A stretch of 64,000 bases of DNA from an uncultured Gammaproteobacteria bacterium (GCA_964474445.1 CAYYSJ010000004.1:64185-128184), one strand, 5' to 3'; positions 19,177 to 29,056 are shown, numbered from the stretch's first letter. The notes: generated by a model not told the origin, from the letters alone. Translations and numbers: made by a program.

Positions 19177-20049
19177 ATGGCTGACTTTTCTTTTATTAAA
19201 GATTTTTCTTGGAATAAATGGATTATTTCAGATCCAAAAAGAGCGAAACGTCCAAATCAATCCAAAAAAAATCTTGCATTTTGTCCGTTTTGTATTGGGA
19301 ATGAAGAGAGTGATCCTGAGGTCTATCGTGTGGGAGGCAATCCCAATGACAGCAATTGGGAAATACGGGTTATAAAAAATAAATATCCTTTTGCGCCAAT
19401 TCATGAGATTATTGTTCATTCTCCGAACCACCATAAAAATATTGATGAATTACCCCTCTCCCATGTAGAACTTCTTTTTTCAACATATAAACAACGGATG
19501 TTGACTCATAAAAAAAAAGGACAAGTGTATATATTTCAGAATAAAGGAGAACTTGCTGGAGAAAGTATTCCTCATCCACATTCACAACTTGTTGTTATTC
19601 CTAAAGAAGTAACATTGGACATCCGACCTCTTGTACAACCTGATGGAGATGATATTGAGACAAATTTTTTCAGAATATATTGTCCGACTGTTAGCCAATG
19701 GCCAGATGAGGTATGGATCGCTCCAAAAAAGAAAAAGAGTCCGTTTAGTGATATATTTGAAGAGGAAATTATTGATTTATCTTTTGTCATGCAACGACTT
19801 TTGTATATAATGTCCGTTCGTCATGGGGAAGGATTTCCTTTTAATTATTACATTGCTCCTGGAAAAGATTGGTATATGCGTCTTATTCCGCGCAAAAAAA
19901 TTCTGGGAGGATTTGAAGTTGGGACTGGGGTATGGGTCAATACCCAAGATCCAAAAGAAACTTTTGCATTTTTAAAAGCTCATTTTGAAAGTCCTGATGA
20001 AGATATTATTCGGGCCGAGTATATGGCAGAATATAGAAGGGGAGTCTAA
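19177..20049 (+). CDS. GalT-like sugar-1-phosphate nucleotidylyltransferase (HIT superfamily)
   Basis: RAKRP, CPFC, NKYP, GESIPHPHSQ, GGFEVGTG. Confidence 0.88.
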   Translation: MADFSFIKDFSWNKWIISDPKRAKRPNQSKKNLAFCPFCIGNEESDPEVYRVGGNPNDSNWEIRVIKNKYPFAPIHEIIVHSPNHHKNIDELPLSHVELLFSTYKQRMLTHKKKGQVYIFQNKGELAGESIPHPHSQLVVIPKEVTLDIRPLVQPDGDDIETNFFRIYCPTVSQWPDEVWIAPKKKKSPFSDIFEEEIIDLSFVMQRLLYIMSVRHGEGFPFNYYIAPGKDWYMRLIPRKKILGGFEVGTGVWVNTQDPKETFAFLKAHFESPDEDIIRAEYMAEYRRGV

Positions 20050-20064
20050 AAAGGGCTTTGTCTG

Positions 20065-20430
20065 TTATTCTCGTCTTTCCCCTTTTCTGTTAAAACGTGC
20101 TTTTCTGGGATGTGAAGAATCTGCTGCATTTGTAAGTGTGACATCTATACTACGATTTAGAGGTCCATTATGAATAACAATATTTATACCGTCTCTAGAC
20201 GTCATAGCCTGAGCCGGTCCATGTGCGATAATCGTTTCCGAACCATCAGCCCCCTGTATATAATTTGGGCTTCGTCCATCCCACACTTCATGGGGATCTC
20301 TGGGTTGTCTTCGTAATTCACCTAAATGAAGATCTTGCTCCAGATGATCTAACGAAAAATCTGAACTTCTTTCTCCCACGTTAGGGAATTGTCTACTTGC
20401 AATGCTTTTTACATCGATACGAATTGCCAT
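20065..20430 (-). CDS. Hypothetical protein
   Basis: Start placed at MAIRID, preceded by TTGACA-17-TACAAT and 7 nt. Confidence 0.7.
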   Translation of the reverse strand: MAIRIDVKSIASRQFPNVGERSSDFSLDHLEQDLHLGELRRQPRDPHEVWDGRSPNYIQGADGSETIIAHGPAQAMTSRDGINIVIHNGPLNRSIDVTLTNAADSSHPRKARFNRKGERRE

Positions 20431-20560
20431 AGACAGCATTGTATATCTGAGATGATATTCTGTCAAGGTAGGCTTAATTGCTCATTATCAAAAAGGGTTT
20501 TGGTAAGTTGCCTCAAATGTGGTACAAGAATATGGATCGGGATAAGAAAGAGAAGAAAAT

Positions 20561-20767
20561 TTATGCAGTTTTTTGCTGCATACCAAGAAGCCAGAGGACT
20601 GCTTCTTTCTTATATCTGCGGTCTCCTCGTGAATTAATGCGGATTGCTGGGAGTTTGCCTCTTTTCCCCCATCTTTTAATAGTAAGGGGAGAGACGCGTA
20701 AAATTTGTGCAACTTCTTTTACTGTTAACAAGTCTGGCAGGGATTGAATTGATAATTGTGTTGTCAT
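20561..20767 (-). CDS. BldC/excisionase-like (MerR-type) winged-HTH DNA-binding protein
   Basis: LLTVKEVAQILRVSPLTIKRWGKRGKLPAIR...GDRRY pattern; TTGACA-17-TACATT promoter. Confidence 0.88.
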   Translation of the reverse strand: MTTQLSIQSLPDLLTVKEVAQILRVSPLTIKRWGKRGKLPAIRINSRGDRRYKKEAVLWLLGMQQKTA

Positions 20768-21202
20768 ATTTTGTTAGTAAATCAATGTGGTGATTACTGA
20801 TGATTAACTGTACTTAATGTACTAAACTAGAACACTTGTGTCAAGAGGGGAATTCGTATTTTATTTGAAGAATTTAAACCAATAAGGTATTTTTTAATAC
20901 TATCTCTTACTACTTTAGTTCATTGCAACAAAAACTACTAGACTTTTTCTCAATATTAAAAAATACAAATATTTACAAAAAGTATTTTAAAGGTACCTTC
21001 ATTTCACAATTACAAATATGAAAAATGCAATAGTAGAAAAGTACAACAGGTTATGGACTCATATATTCCTTTCTTGAAAGAATCCTGCCTTCCTTCACTA
21101 TAAAGTAGTTTTGTGAGAGATTCATGACAGAAAGTGGACAATAGTTTATAACTCTTGCTATTTTTTCTTTGGAAATTAACGATATTGGTATATAGATATA
21201 AT

Positions 21203-21772
21203 ATGTCAGAAGAAGAAATACGAAAAGAAAAGAGATTACAAAAATTGTATGGGCATGAAGTAACGTCTTTTTTCTATACCAACCCATCAACACAGACACC
21301 CGAACAATTTTCGCTCAGAAGAACTATTTTGATACCACCAGTCCCAGTGAAAGATAGAGCGGATATTAATACGGAAGTTGCAGTTCTTTCAACAATTGAT
21401 GGAGAGGGGAATAGAGTGTTCTATAATGAGGGTGCGTGGGTACGAGACAGTACACAACAAGTGATAACTATTTTCTCTCGAGAAAGTTATTCCATGAGAG
21501 ATAAGGTCATGCGAGGTTTTGTTGGAGGTTTTAATGAAGGAGTTCAACCGTATAGACTCGTTCCAGGCATTGGTGCGGCAACAATTGTTACTGCAATGGA
21601 AACATATGATGTCCCTCTATGGTATTCAGGCGGGGCATGGGATATGAGTGACGGACCACATAGTGGGATATCGTTATATACACGTGTTATTCCTACCTAT
21701 TATGGAGATAAAGTCATGCAAGATTTTGACGAGAAAGAAAGGCGATATCGTCTGAGACTACGGAGAGTTTAG
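21203..21772 (+). CDS. Hypothetical protein
   Basis: ORF; start placed at MSEEEIRK. Confidence 0.7.
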   Translation: MSEEEIRKEKRLQKLYGHEVTSFFYTNPSTQTPEQFSLRRTILIPPVPVKDRADINTEVAVLSTIDGEGNRVFYNEGAWVRDSTQQVITIFSRESYSMRDKVMRGFVGGFNEGVQPYRLVPGIGAATIVTAMETYDVPLWYSGGAWDMSDGPHSGISLYTRVIPTYYGDKVMQDFDEKERRYRLRLRRV

Positions 21773-22191
21773 TACCGCCTTCTATATCCACTATAATCTT
21801 CTTTTGCCATGTGTCCCATTTCATTGATAAACTGTCCTGCATGGGGAATGAATCGGAGAGCGCTACGTCTTACAGCTTGTGCTCCTACTCCTGCAAGTGC
21901 TACCTTTCCCGTTATTTCTTGAAAATTAGTAACAAACTCGGAAGATGCTCCATGTTGAGAAAGAATAGTAGTCATATCTATTCCATGCGGAAATATTCCT
22001 ATATGTGCCAGTGTTTCTGTTGCAAGTATTGTTGCTGTAACAGCCAGAGGTGTAGATGCTATATAATCAATAACGTTATATATACCATAGAGTCCTGAGA
22101 ATCCAATGGCAAATGTTTTTTCCAAACCTCTTGTGTCCATCCACATGACTGTACTTGCTCTTGCCCAATTTTTTGTTCTTTCAAATACCAT
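21769..22191 (-). CDS. Hypothetical (membrane) protein
   Basis: Start placed at MVFERT, 7 nt after TATACT. Confidence 0.65.
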   Translation of the reverse strand: MVFERTKNWARASTVMWMDTRGLEKTFAIGFSGLYGIYNVIDYIASTPLAVTATILATETLAHIGIFPHGIDMTTILSQHGASSEFVTNFQEITGKVALAGVGAQAVRRSALRFIPHAGQFINEMGHMAKEDYSGYRRRY

Positions 22192-22296
22192 TTGTGAAAG
22201 TATAAAAAGAAAAAATACAGCTATCTTGACATAAAACAACATAGACCAAAACAAAAAAAAGACATTGGCAGAATTGCTCAACAAATTTTTGTCAGG

Positions 22297-23442
22297 TTAG
22301 GCAGCAGGGATGTATGCAGTATCAAACTGGCTATAGTGGTTTCGTCTATTTATTTCCCATGCAAGATCTGCCATCCGCACTGCCCGTGCAACAGATTCGG
22401 AACCACTTCTTCGCGCACTATCATACAGAAAAATTGTTGGGTTCCAATCGTTTGAATTTTTATGTAAATAAATGCGATGAACAGTTGTCCCACTCGGAAT
22501 TGGCTCAACAACCCTCCTGCTGTGGAGCGCCTGCTGCATTTGTGCCTCTGCCATAAGTGTTTTTCCTACTGGTACTCTCCAAGTGTCTGTTCCAATAGAT
22601 GGATCAAATAATGGATCTATATCGCTATCTCCAGCAAGAATAGCACCATTAATACCTAATTTTTTTTGCAAATATATTATTGCCTTTTCTTTGCCCCAGG
22701 GGACTAATAGGACTTTATGATATCCTGATTTCCTGTCTTTATCTGTTTCTTGAAAAATAAGTACTTTTAGGCCTGGAAATTGTTTATCAAAATGTTTTTG
22801 TAATTCTCCCCTGAATCGTTCAATTCTTTTTCGTGGAGTACCAGGAGTAACAGTGAATTCAAGTCGTATCCGAGATATACTTGTGTCTTTTCCAGGCTGT
22901 GTTTTATCGATACCTCTATATCCAAAGTAAAAATCTGCAAAGTCACGATTCATTCTTCCGATCACCGAGTCAACATCACCCATGACTTTTTCTCTAGGGA
23001 ATCGTTTTCGTAGCCTTCTGGAAAAATTTTGATCTTGTATGAAGTCAGTTGAACAAAGTTCTGTTTGAGGCTTGATGGCTGATTGAGGTTTCAGAATATG
23101 AATCGGCCCTGCAAGTTCCGAGACGACAATGTGAGGAACGGGAATCCGTCCATTTTGAACAAGTTTCAAAACTTCTGAAAGATCTCCTCCTGTACTGTAA
23201 ACTGTTAGCCAAGACTTCTCATGAAGACAGGGTGCAAGGGTTTGGTCCGGACGTCGTCTTGGATCATCAACAGTGCCATTCACATCAGAAAAAAGTGCCC
23301 ATCGTCTTCCTCCAAATCTTGCTGCTTGTTGGTGTAATACCTCTTGGGGAAGTTGGTAGATGTCAGGTTTGGGATAGTAAACTTTATCTCTGATAAAACG
23401 GAGTTGCGCTCTGAGTTGGAGGAGTGGATTTTCAAATGACAT
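22297..23442 (-). CDS. HAD superfamily IIB, sucrose-phosphatase-like protein
   Basis: FSDVNGT (motif I variant), YSTG, GKEKAI, AGDSDID. Confidence 0.75.
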   Translation of the reverse strand: MSFENPLLQLRAQLRFIRDKVYYPKPDIYQLPQEVLHQQAARFGGRRWALFSDVNGTVDDPRRRPDQTLAPCLHEKSWLTVYSTGGDLSEVLKLVQNGRIPVPHIVVSELAGPIHILKPQSAIKPQTELCSTDFIQDQNFSRRLRKRFPREKVMGDVDSVIGRMNRDFADFYFGYRGIDKTQPGKDTSISRIRLEFTVTPGTPRKRIERFRGELQKHFDKQFPGLKVLIFQETDKDRKSGYHKVLLVPWGKEKAIIYLQKKLGINGAILAGDSDIDPLFDPSIGTDTWRVPVGKTLMAEAQMQQALHSRRVVEPIPSGTTVHRIYLHKNSNDWNPTIFLYDSARRSGSESVARAVRMADLAWEINRRNHYSQFDTAYIPAA

Positions 23443-23532
23443 AACAGACAGAGAAGCATATTCATGCTAATAACAGGGCGTAAGGGGAAAAGAAAAGGAG
23501 CGTAAGGGAAATGCAAGAGACTACTAGAAATA

Positions 23533-23838
23533 TTACTTGCCAGGTGTTATCTCATTTGGTGTCCAGATATACTCGTGCTTAAATGTTCCCCATACATGAC
23601 CTTTGACACCACCCATCTTATTAATTTCTTCCCCGTGAAGTCGGGCATGTTCGATAGACCGAATGCGAAAGTTCTCTTCTAAACGCACTTCTTGAATTGA
23701 AACAGTATCGTCATCAATAATTTGCATGCGTCTTCTATAACCACTCAAATAAGAGCCCATGGAAATTGTCTCATCAGGCTTTCGTCGCCTTGTCCGGACA
23801 ACCTTTTCATGATTGTATAACAGTTCAAGGATAGCCAT
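23533..23838 (-). CDS. Hypothetical protein
   Basis: 101-aa ORF. Confidence 0.6.
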   Translation of the reverse strand: MAILELLYNHEKVVRTRRRKPDETISMGSYLSGYRRRMQIIDDDTVSIQEVRLEENFRIRSIEHARLHGEEINKMGGVKGHVWGTFKHEYIWTPNEITPGK

Positions 23839-24036
23839 ACGGAGAAAGAGGAATGTGTAGTCTAAAAACTATGGCTTCCTGTAAGGCTAAAAGAACAGTA
23901 ACAATACGGTAATAAAGATAGATTAGTCTTGTAGTAAGAGTAATCCTCATGTTATCCACAAAAGAGGGGGTCTGAATATGTAGGCTTATAGAAAATGGGA
24001 GGGGAAATAAACTGATGCGATAGTCGACTTTTCCAT

Positions 24037-24074
24037 AAAAAAACCAGGTCTAAAGATACAATCCTTAGACCTGG
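24037..24074 (-). terminator. Intrinsic terminator after rplL
   Basis: CCAGGTCTAA...TTAGACCTGG followed by 7 U on the minus strand. Confidence 0.88.
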
Positions 24075-24100
24075 CTCTTGTTTTACAACAAGTTCCAAAC

Positions 24101-24487
24101 TTATTTTAGCTCGACTGTTCCGCCTGCTGTTGTAAGTTTTTCTTTTGCTGCATTTGCTGTTTCTTTATTAACAGCGGTTAAGACTTCCTTTGGAGCTGAG
24201 TCTGCTAAAGCTTTAGCTTCGGTAAGTCCGAGTGTTGGGACTAATTCTCTAATAGCTTTAATGACTGCGATTTTGTTTGCTCCTGCTGCAGTGAGAACAA
24301 CGTTAAATACGGTTTGTTCTTCAGCTGGTGCTGCTGCTTCAGCTCCTGCTGCTGCTGGTGCTGCGACTGCCATAGCTGCTGCACTAACGCCAAACTCTTC
24401 TTCCAAAGCTTTGACTATTTCAGAAAGTTCTAAAACAGACATTTCTTTTACTGCTGCAATTAATTCATCTTTAGTTAATTTTGCCAT
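24101..24487 (-). CDS. rplL: 50S ribosomal protein L7/L12
   Basis: [40 protein letters not shown]; strong SD AGGAGGTG. Confidence 0.97.
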   Translation of the reverse strand: MAKLTKDELIAAVKEMSVLELSEIVKALEEEFGVSAAAMAVAAPAAAGAEAAAPAEEQTVFNVVLTAAGANKIAVIKAIRELVPTLGLTEAKALADSAPKEVLTAVNKETANAAKEKLTTAGGTVELK

Positions 24488-24506
24488 CTTGTTCTCACCT
24501 CCTTTT

Positions 24507-25043
24507 TTACCCTTGCTTCTGTTTTTCAATAGCTGCAAGTGTCATAACAAACTTTTGTAAATTCCAAGCAAGTGCTCGGTGGAAGCCCTGGATTGGAGCT
24601 TTCATCATACCAAGCATCTGAGCAACCAAAACTTCTCGTGATGGGAGTGTTGCAAGCTTTGCAACATCTTTATCTGATAAGACTTGGCCATCCATCCAAC
24701 CAAATTTAACGGTTGGCTTTTCCACATCTTTCATCATTTTTGCGAGAGCTTTGAGTGGGGCAACAACATCACCATACAAAAACATAGTTCCTGTTGGTTG
24801 AACGAACTTATCTTCTTGTCCTTCTGCTTTATCTCCAAGAGCAATCTTAAGGAGAGTGTTTTTTGCAACAACATATTCAGCTTCTGCTTTTTTGATTTCT
24901 CTCTTGAATTCTTCAAGCTGCTTGTGGGTAAGGCCAGTGTAGTCAGTAAAGACCATTGCCTTTGATTTATTTACTTTTTCAGTAACTTCAGCGACAATGC
25001 CTTCTTTTTTGACTCTATTTTGTGATATTTTTACGTCTGCCAT
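24507..25043 (-). CDS. rplJ: 50S ribosomal protein L10
   Basis: [28 protein letters not shown]; start at MADVK. Confidence 0.95.
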   Translation of the reverse strand: MADVKISQNRVKKEGIVAEVTEKVNKSKAMVFTDYTGLTHKQLEEFKREIKKAEAEYVVAKNTLLKIALGDKAEGQEDKFVQPTGTMFLYGDVVAPLKALAKMMKDVEKPTVKFGWMDGQVLSDKDVAKLATLPSREVLVAQMLGMMKAPIQGFHRALAWNLQKFVMTLAAIEKQKQG

Positions 25044-25130
25044 AAAATAAAAAACTCGCCCAAAGCGAGTGAATGTTCTTTCGAACGGTTCTCCTCGGTA
25101 AGACTCACTTTTATGCTTACTGTCTTTAGA
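25044..25130 (-). promoter_or_regulatory. L10 leader (rplJ autoregulatory RNA) with terminator
   Basis: AAAGACAGUAAG...CUUACCGAGG motif, then ACUCGC-UUUGG-GCGAGU plus U-tract before the AUG; promoter TTGCAT-18-TATAAT at 25167-25138. Confidence 0.8.
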
Positions 25131-25190
25131 TATATGTATTATAGCAAAGGGGAGAGGGGAAATGCAAGAAGAAGGAGGTTTAGGCATCTA

Positions 25191-25445
25191 TTAATTTCTT
25201 CCGAGAGTGGCCTCAGTTCTTCGTATTTTCCCTTCAACTCTGCACGCTGCAGCTGCTTTTATTAGTGCAATTTTTTCATTTCCTGGTGTCCATGTTCCAT
25301 TTGGAGTAGAAACAGTTACTTCAAAGTCACGGAATAAAGGACAAGCTTCATTTGAGCATTTCAAGTGACATGTAGTTATATTACCATCTAAGGGTACAGT
25401 TCTGACAATCTCTGGTGTGCACTCGCTCAATTTCATAGAGTTCAT
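25191..25445 (-). CDS. Small Cys-containing hypothetical protein
   Basis: 84 aa, with C-x3-C-x4-C. Confidence 0.55.
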   Translation of the reverse strand: MNSMKLSECTPEIVRTVPLDGNITTCHLKCSNEACPLFRDFEVTVSTPNGTWTPGNEKIALIKAAAACRVEGKIRRTEATLGRN

Positions 25446-25624
25446 ATTTTATATATGGAAGAGCGGGGAAGTCAACTAAATGAGGAGCAAATAAGTGTAA
25501 TGCTGTTGTAAGCTATAAGCCAGGTCTTGCTATTCGGGAATTAATAACTTTAGGTCTAATATGGAGAGTAAAAAAATGTCTTTTTGATTCTTTGCTTGTC
25601 TTTTTGGTAAACTACACACGTATT

Positions 25625-25824
25625 ATGGGAAAAAGAGAAGAAGATAATCCTCCTGCAAGCATAGTTGAGGGCATGCAAAGAAACACAAAGGGCAATTGCC
25701 TCCAGGTTTGAAAAAAGAGTTAGAAGTATTAGAAGCTGAAGCTAGAGCTAGTAAAGACACTGCATGGTTGGGTCGTCTTGCAAACGCCGTAAGAAGAAAT
25801 CCTCTAGCTCCCCCTCACAACTAA
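25625..25824 (+). pseudogene. Frameshifted small gene (~66 aa)
   Basis: MGKREEDNPPASIVEG continues in the -1 frame as HAKKHKGQLPPGLKKELE...PHN*; TG-g-TAAACT promoter upstream. Confidence 0.45.
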
Positions 25825-26038
25825 TTTCATACCCATTTCACTTATCTTTTTACTTATTTCCCGTACTTCTTGTGCTTTCTTTACGTACAAAACAATGACT
25901 CTCTGAGATAATTTATGATCGAGTCCGGGATAGATTTTCAAAAAAAAGGTGTTTAAAGGGCAAATAAAGGCTATTCTTACAAAAGCCTTACTGTTCTCAG
26001 TTTATTCTCAATTGTATATAGTATTTAATATAGTGTAT

Positions 26039-26239
26039 ATGAGGCAGGCATATATACCATTACAAGAAGATTATGAAGAATCTTCTAAGAGGAAGAACTC
26101 TGATTTAAGCGGAGTCGAGGATGCAGATGACATGCCAGTAGTTGGGAAAAAGTCATGCATGGCGGAAGCATATAATGAAGAGATAAACTCACGAGCAAAC
26201 GATTCTTCTATTGTAAATTTACTAAAACTCCTTAACTAA
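26039..26239 (+). CDS. Small acidic hypothetical protein
   Basis: Start placed at MRQAYIP. Confidence 0.5.
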   Translation: MRQAYIPLQEDYEESSKRKNSDLSGVEDADDMPVVGKKSCMAEAYNEEINSRANDSSIVNLLKLLN

Positions 26240-26270
26240 GGATGCTATATGTTATGAACTCTACGCTTTG

Positions 26271-26900
26271 CTATCCATGCACTTGATAATAGAGCTGTCC
26301 ATAAGTAGGGAGAGGGATCGTGTAATCTTCTGGTTCTACCCGTGATGGGAAATTAAACCTAATAAATCGCCTTGTTGCCTCCCACGGAACTCTATCCAAT
26401 GCTTTAAAGACCATACTCGCATGTGATATGGCTTGTATTTTTCCTAACCACTGTGAGTAGATTCCCATTTCGTAGTTAAGCCGCCGAGCTCTCTCTAATG
26501 CAAAACTGGCTAAGTCGTCATGATAAAGCGCAGTATAATAACTCGCTCTATCATGGGCTCTTCTGGCTTCATACTGATGGGACATGAGTGTAGATTGGAG
26601 AGAGGCTTCTACAGCTTTTCGTTGTGTAGCACCATCATAACCACCTTCTCTTACTCTGAGAGCAACCTCTTCGGGGCGTAATGCACGTAAACCAATTGAA
26701 ATAAGCATATCTTGTTGGTTAGATGATTTGGTTCGAAGGTGGAAAGGGTCACTTCCTGGTCGTCGTGATGTATATTCAAATCTATTTTTTTGTCCCACTT
26801 CTGTGGTGAAAGGAGAGTATTTATCAGTCATTTCTTGAATCACCCCAGGTGCAAAGCGAGCTGACATATTTGCCCCTATTTCAGAAAAAAAACGTTTCAT
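26271..26900 (-). CDS. Hypothetical protein (ORFan)
   Basis: 209-aa ORF. Confidence 0.7.
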   Translation of the reverse strand: MKRFFSEIGANMSARFAPGVIQEMTDKYSPFTTEVGQKNRFEYTSRRPGSDPFHLRTKSSNQQDMLISIGLRALRPEEVALRVREGGYDGATQRKAVEASLQSTLMSHQYEARRAHDRASYYTALYHDDLASFALERARRLNYEMGIYSQWLGKIQAISHASMVFKALDRVPWEATRRFIRFNFPSRVEPEDYTIPLPTYGQLYYQVHG

Positions 26901-27064
26901 AGGTATATCTTATATATGTTTATTGTAGCGATCTTAAAGAAAGCAGATAAGCAGGGAATAAAAAGGTAGTAAGAAAAGGGTAAAAGACTAGTTGTGTTGC
27001 ATAGTTCTTCTGAAGCGAACAGCCACAAAGGGGGAAAATTGTGTATTATTTGTGTTTCCTGCTT

Positions 27065-27691
27065 TTAATCTGGATTTTCTCTATTCCTAGTTGTTAGGGT
27101 ATGAAGGGTAGAATGCTTTTCGTGAGCTGGATATAAAGGAGAAAGGGTAAGAGATCGAATGCCTCGTATCATAGGGTCCTGTGTTCGACGCGTTGGTCTT
27201 CGAAATGTTACTTGTACATTGTGTTCGCTCATGCCCGAAGCATCACTGATAAGTAATTTAGTTTGGGGTTCTTTTAATTGTCTTTTATATTGATTGTGAA
27301 TGCTGTAGTGCTCAAAAAAAAGAGAAGGACTCTCTGTTTTTTGACTGTTTTGTGCTTGAAGAATTGTAATAACTGTTTGGACATCCGCTTCTGCTGTGGG
27401 ATGAATAGGTACCAGACGTATATCTAGTGATCCACGCGCTGTGACCCTTTTCAATCCTAAAAGTGTTTCCAGTTCTGGGTGCAAAAATAGTCCGGGACTT
27501 GAGCCTACACCTTGTGTCACATAGTGCTCGAGAGCAACTCGAAGTAGATGTCGTCTCATTGATCTCGTATTTCTTTCTGAGTCAACCCAAAATTCTGTGA
27601 GAAATTGAAGAAATGGATTTATCATGGCTTTCCGTGCGTATATATACTCCATGTCCCCAAGAAATTTAGAAAAATCATTGTGTTCTGCCAT
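27065..27691 (-). CDS. Hypothetical protein (ORFan)
   Basis: 208-aa ORF. Confidence 0.7.
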   Translation of the reverse strand: MAEHNDFSKFLGDMEYIYARKAMINPFLQFLTEFWVDSERNTRSMRRHLLRVALEHYVTQGVGSSPGLFLHPELETLLGLKRVTARGSLDIRLVPIHPTAEADVQTVITILQAQNSQKTESPSLFFEHYSIHNQYKRQLKEPQTKLLISDASGMSEHNVQVTFRRPTRRTQDPMIRGIRSLTLSPLYPAHEKHSTLHTLTTRNRENPD

Positions 27692-27785
27692 AGAAGGGCA
27701 GTCTAGAAATCTGGTGTAAGAAGGGCATGAAAAGATCGAAACAACTTTTTGAGATATTACCTAGATGAGGAGGAAGAGAAGAGAG

Positions 27786-28619
27786 TTATTTCCCGAGTTG
27801 AAGTTTGACAGCAGGGGACATGGTTGATTTAACAACCACCGATTTCATATTGGATGTTTTAACAGCAGCAAGTGCTGCTTGAATATTTTCTACAAGCTTT
27901 TCTGTCCCAAAAGAAAGCTTCCCAACACTTAAATGAATAATTGGAGTCTTAGCTTCTGTTTTAAAGTTCATTTGACCGCCTGCGTATTGTTTTGCAACTG
28001 CTTCTGGATTAGGAGTAATCGTTCCATTTTTTGGATTTGGCATAAGGCCTTTTGGTCCCAAAACACGTGCAACTTTTGCAAGCTTAGGCATTGCATCTGG
28101 AGTTGCAATAAGAATGTCAAAATTCAATTTTCCTGATTCAATTTCTTTGAGTAATTCTTCTGCGGCTTTTGCATCCTTATTTGGAGCAAGAATTGCGACT
28201 CGTGTTTGTTTGCCAGTTCCGTAAGGGAGAGTAACGTGGCCAGAAACACCAGAGCTGATTGTATTGATATGCAGCTCAACGGTCTCATCAAACTTTGTCA
28301 TATGAGCTTTTTCAACGAGCTCTAAAGCTTCTTTAAGACTGTATTGCTTACCTTTTTCAATGAGTTTTGCTTTTGAGAGATAATTGGCAGATCGTGCAGC
28401 TTTCTTTTTATCTTGAGTTTGTCGAAGGACTACTTTTTCTGCATATTTCGACTTTTTTGGTTCTTCTGTCTCTTCCATAACAGGTTCAGAAGCCTCCTTT
28501 TTAGCTTGACCTTCAGCTTTTGCAGCTTCAATTTTTGCAAGCCTTTCTTTTTCTTTTGCTTCTTGTTCTAATTTTTTTGCTTCTTCTTGTGCTGGATCAA
28601 CAGCTCGTACTTTTCCCAT
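27786..28619 (-). CDS. rplA: 50S ribosomal protein L1 with charged N-terminal extension
   Basis: KFDETVELH, LPYGTGK, LGPKGLMPNPKNGT, STMSP. Confidence 0.96.
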   Translation of the reverse strand: MGKVRAVDPAQEEAKKLEQEAKEKERLAKIEAAKAEGQAKKEASEPVMEETEEPKKSKYAEKVVLRQTQDKKKAARSANYLSKAKLIEKGKQYSLKEALELVEKAHMTKFDETVELHINTISSGVSGHVTLPYGTGKQTRVAILAPNKDAKAAEELLKEIESGKLNFDILIATPDAMPKLAKVARVLGPKGLMPNPKNGTITPNPEAVAKQYAGGQMNFKTEAKTPIIHLSVGKLSFGTEKLVENIQAALAAVKTSNMKSVVVKSTMSPAVKLQLGK

Positions 28620-28632
28620 ATATTACTCCTTT

Positions 28633-29052
28633 TTACTTAACTTCTACACCCATAGAGCGGGCGACACCCTGAACAATTTTGACTGCTTGGTCAACGTTGT
28701 CAGTATTCAAATCTTCTAATTTATCTGATGCAATTTTCTTTGCCTGATCTAACGTAATAGATCCTCCTGATTCTTTTCCTGGTTTGCCAGATCCACCATG
28801 TCCGAGTACTTTCTTAATCATTTCAGAAATAGGTGGTTGCTTCGTGATAAAAGAAAAAGTGCGGTCTTCATAGACAGTAATTACTGTTGGTAGTATGTTA
28901 CCTTTCTTATCAGCTGTCTTATCATTAAAAGACTTCACGAATTCCATAATAGGAAGTCCATGTTGACCAAGTGCTGGACCAACAGGTGGCGCTGGAGTAG
29001 CAGTTCCTGCTGGAATATTTAATTTAATTAATGTTTTAATTTTCTTTGCCAT
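28633..29052 (-). CDS. rplK: 50S ribosomal protein L11
   Basis: ATPAPPVGPALGQHG, VYEDRTF, ARSMG. Confidence 0.97.
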   Translation of the reverse strand: MAKKIKTLIKLNIPAGTATPAPPVGPALGQHGLPIMEFVKSFNDKTADKKGNILPTVITVYEDRTFSFITKQPPISEMIKKVLGHGGSGKPGKESGGSITLDQAKKIASDKLEDLNTDNVDQAVKIVQGVARSMGVEVK

Positions 29053-29056
29053 TTTT

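Noticed and set aside
20561-20767. Prophage or ICE excisionase
   Set aside because: No integrase, phage or conjugation genes; fits a BldC-like chromosomal regulator better.
23952-23960. Perfect DnaA box TTATCCACA (also a near-match TGTGGATGA at 15121) as oriC
   Set aside because: Isolated boxes with no cluster and no dnaA or dnaN nearby.
24078-24560. Long antisense ORFs such as 24078-24560, 40297-41025 and 2326-2817
   Set aside because: Shadows of well-supported genes on the opposite strand.
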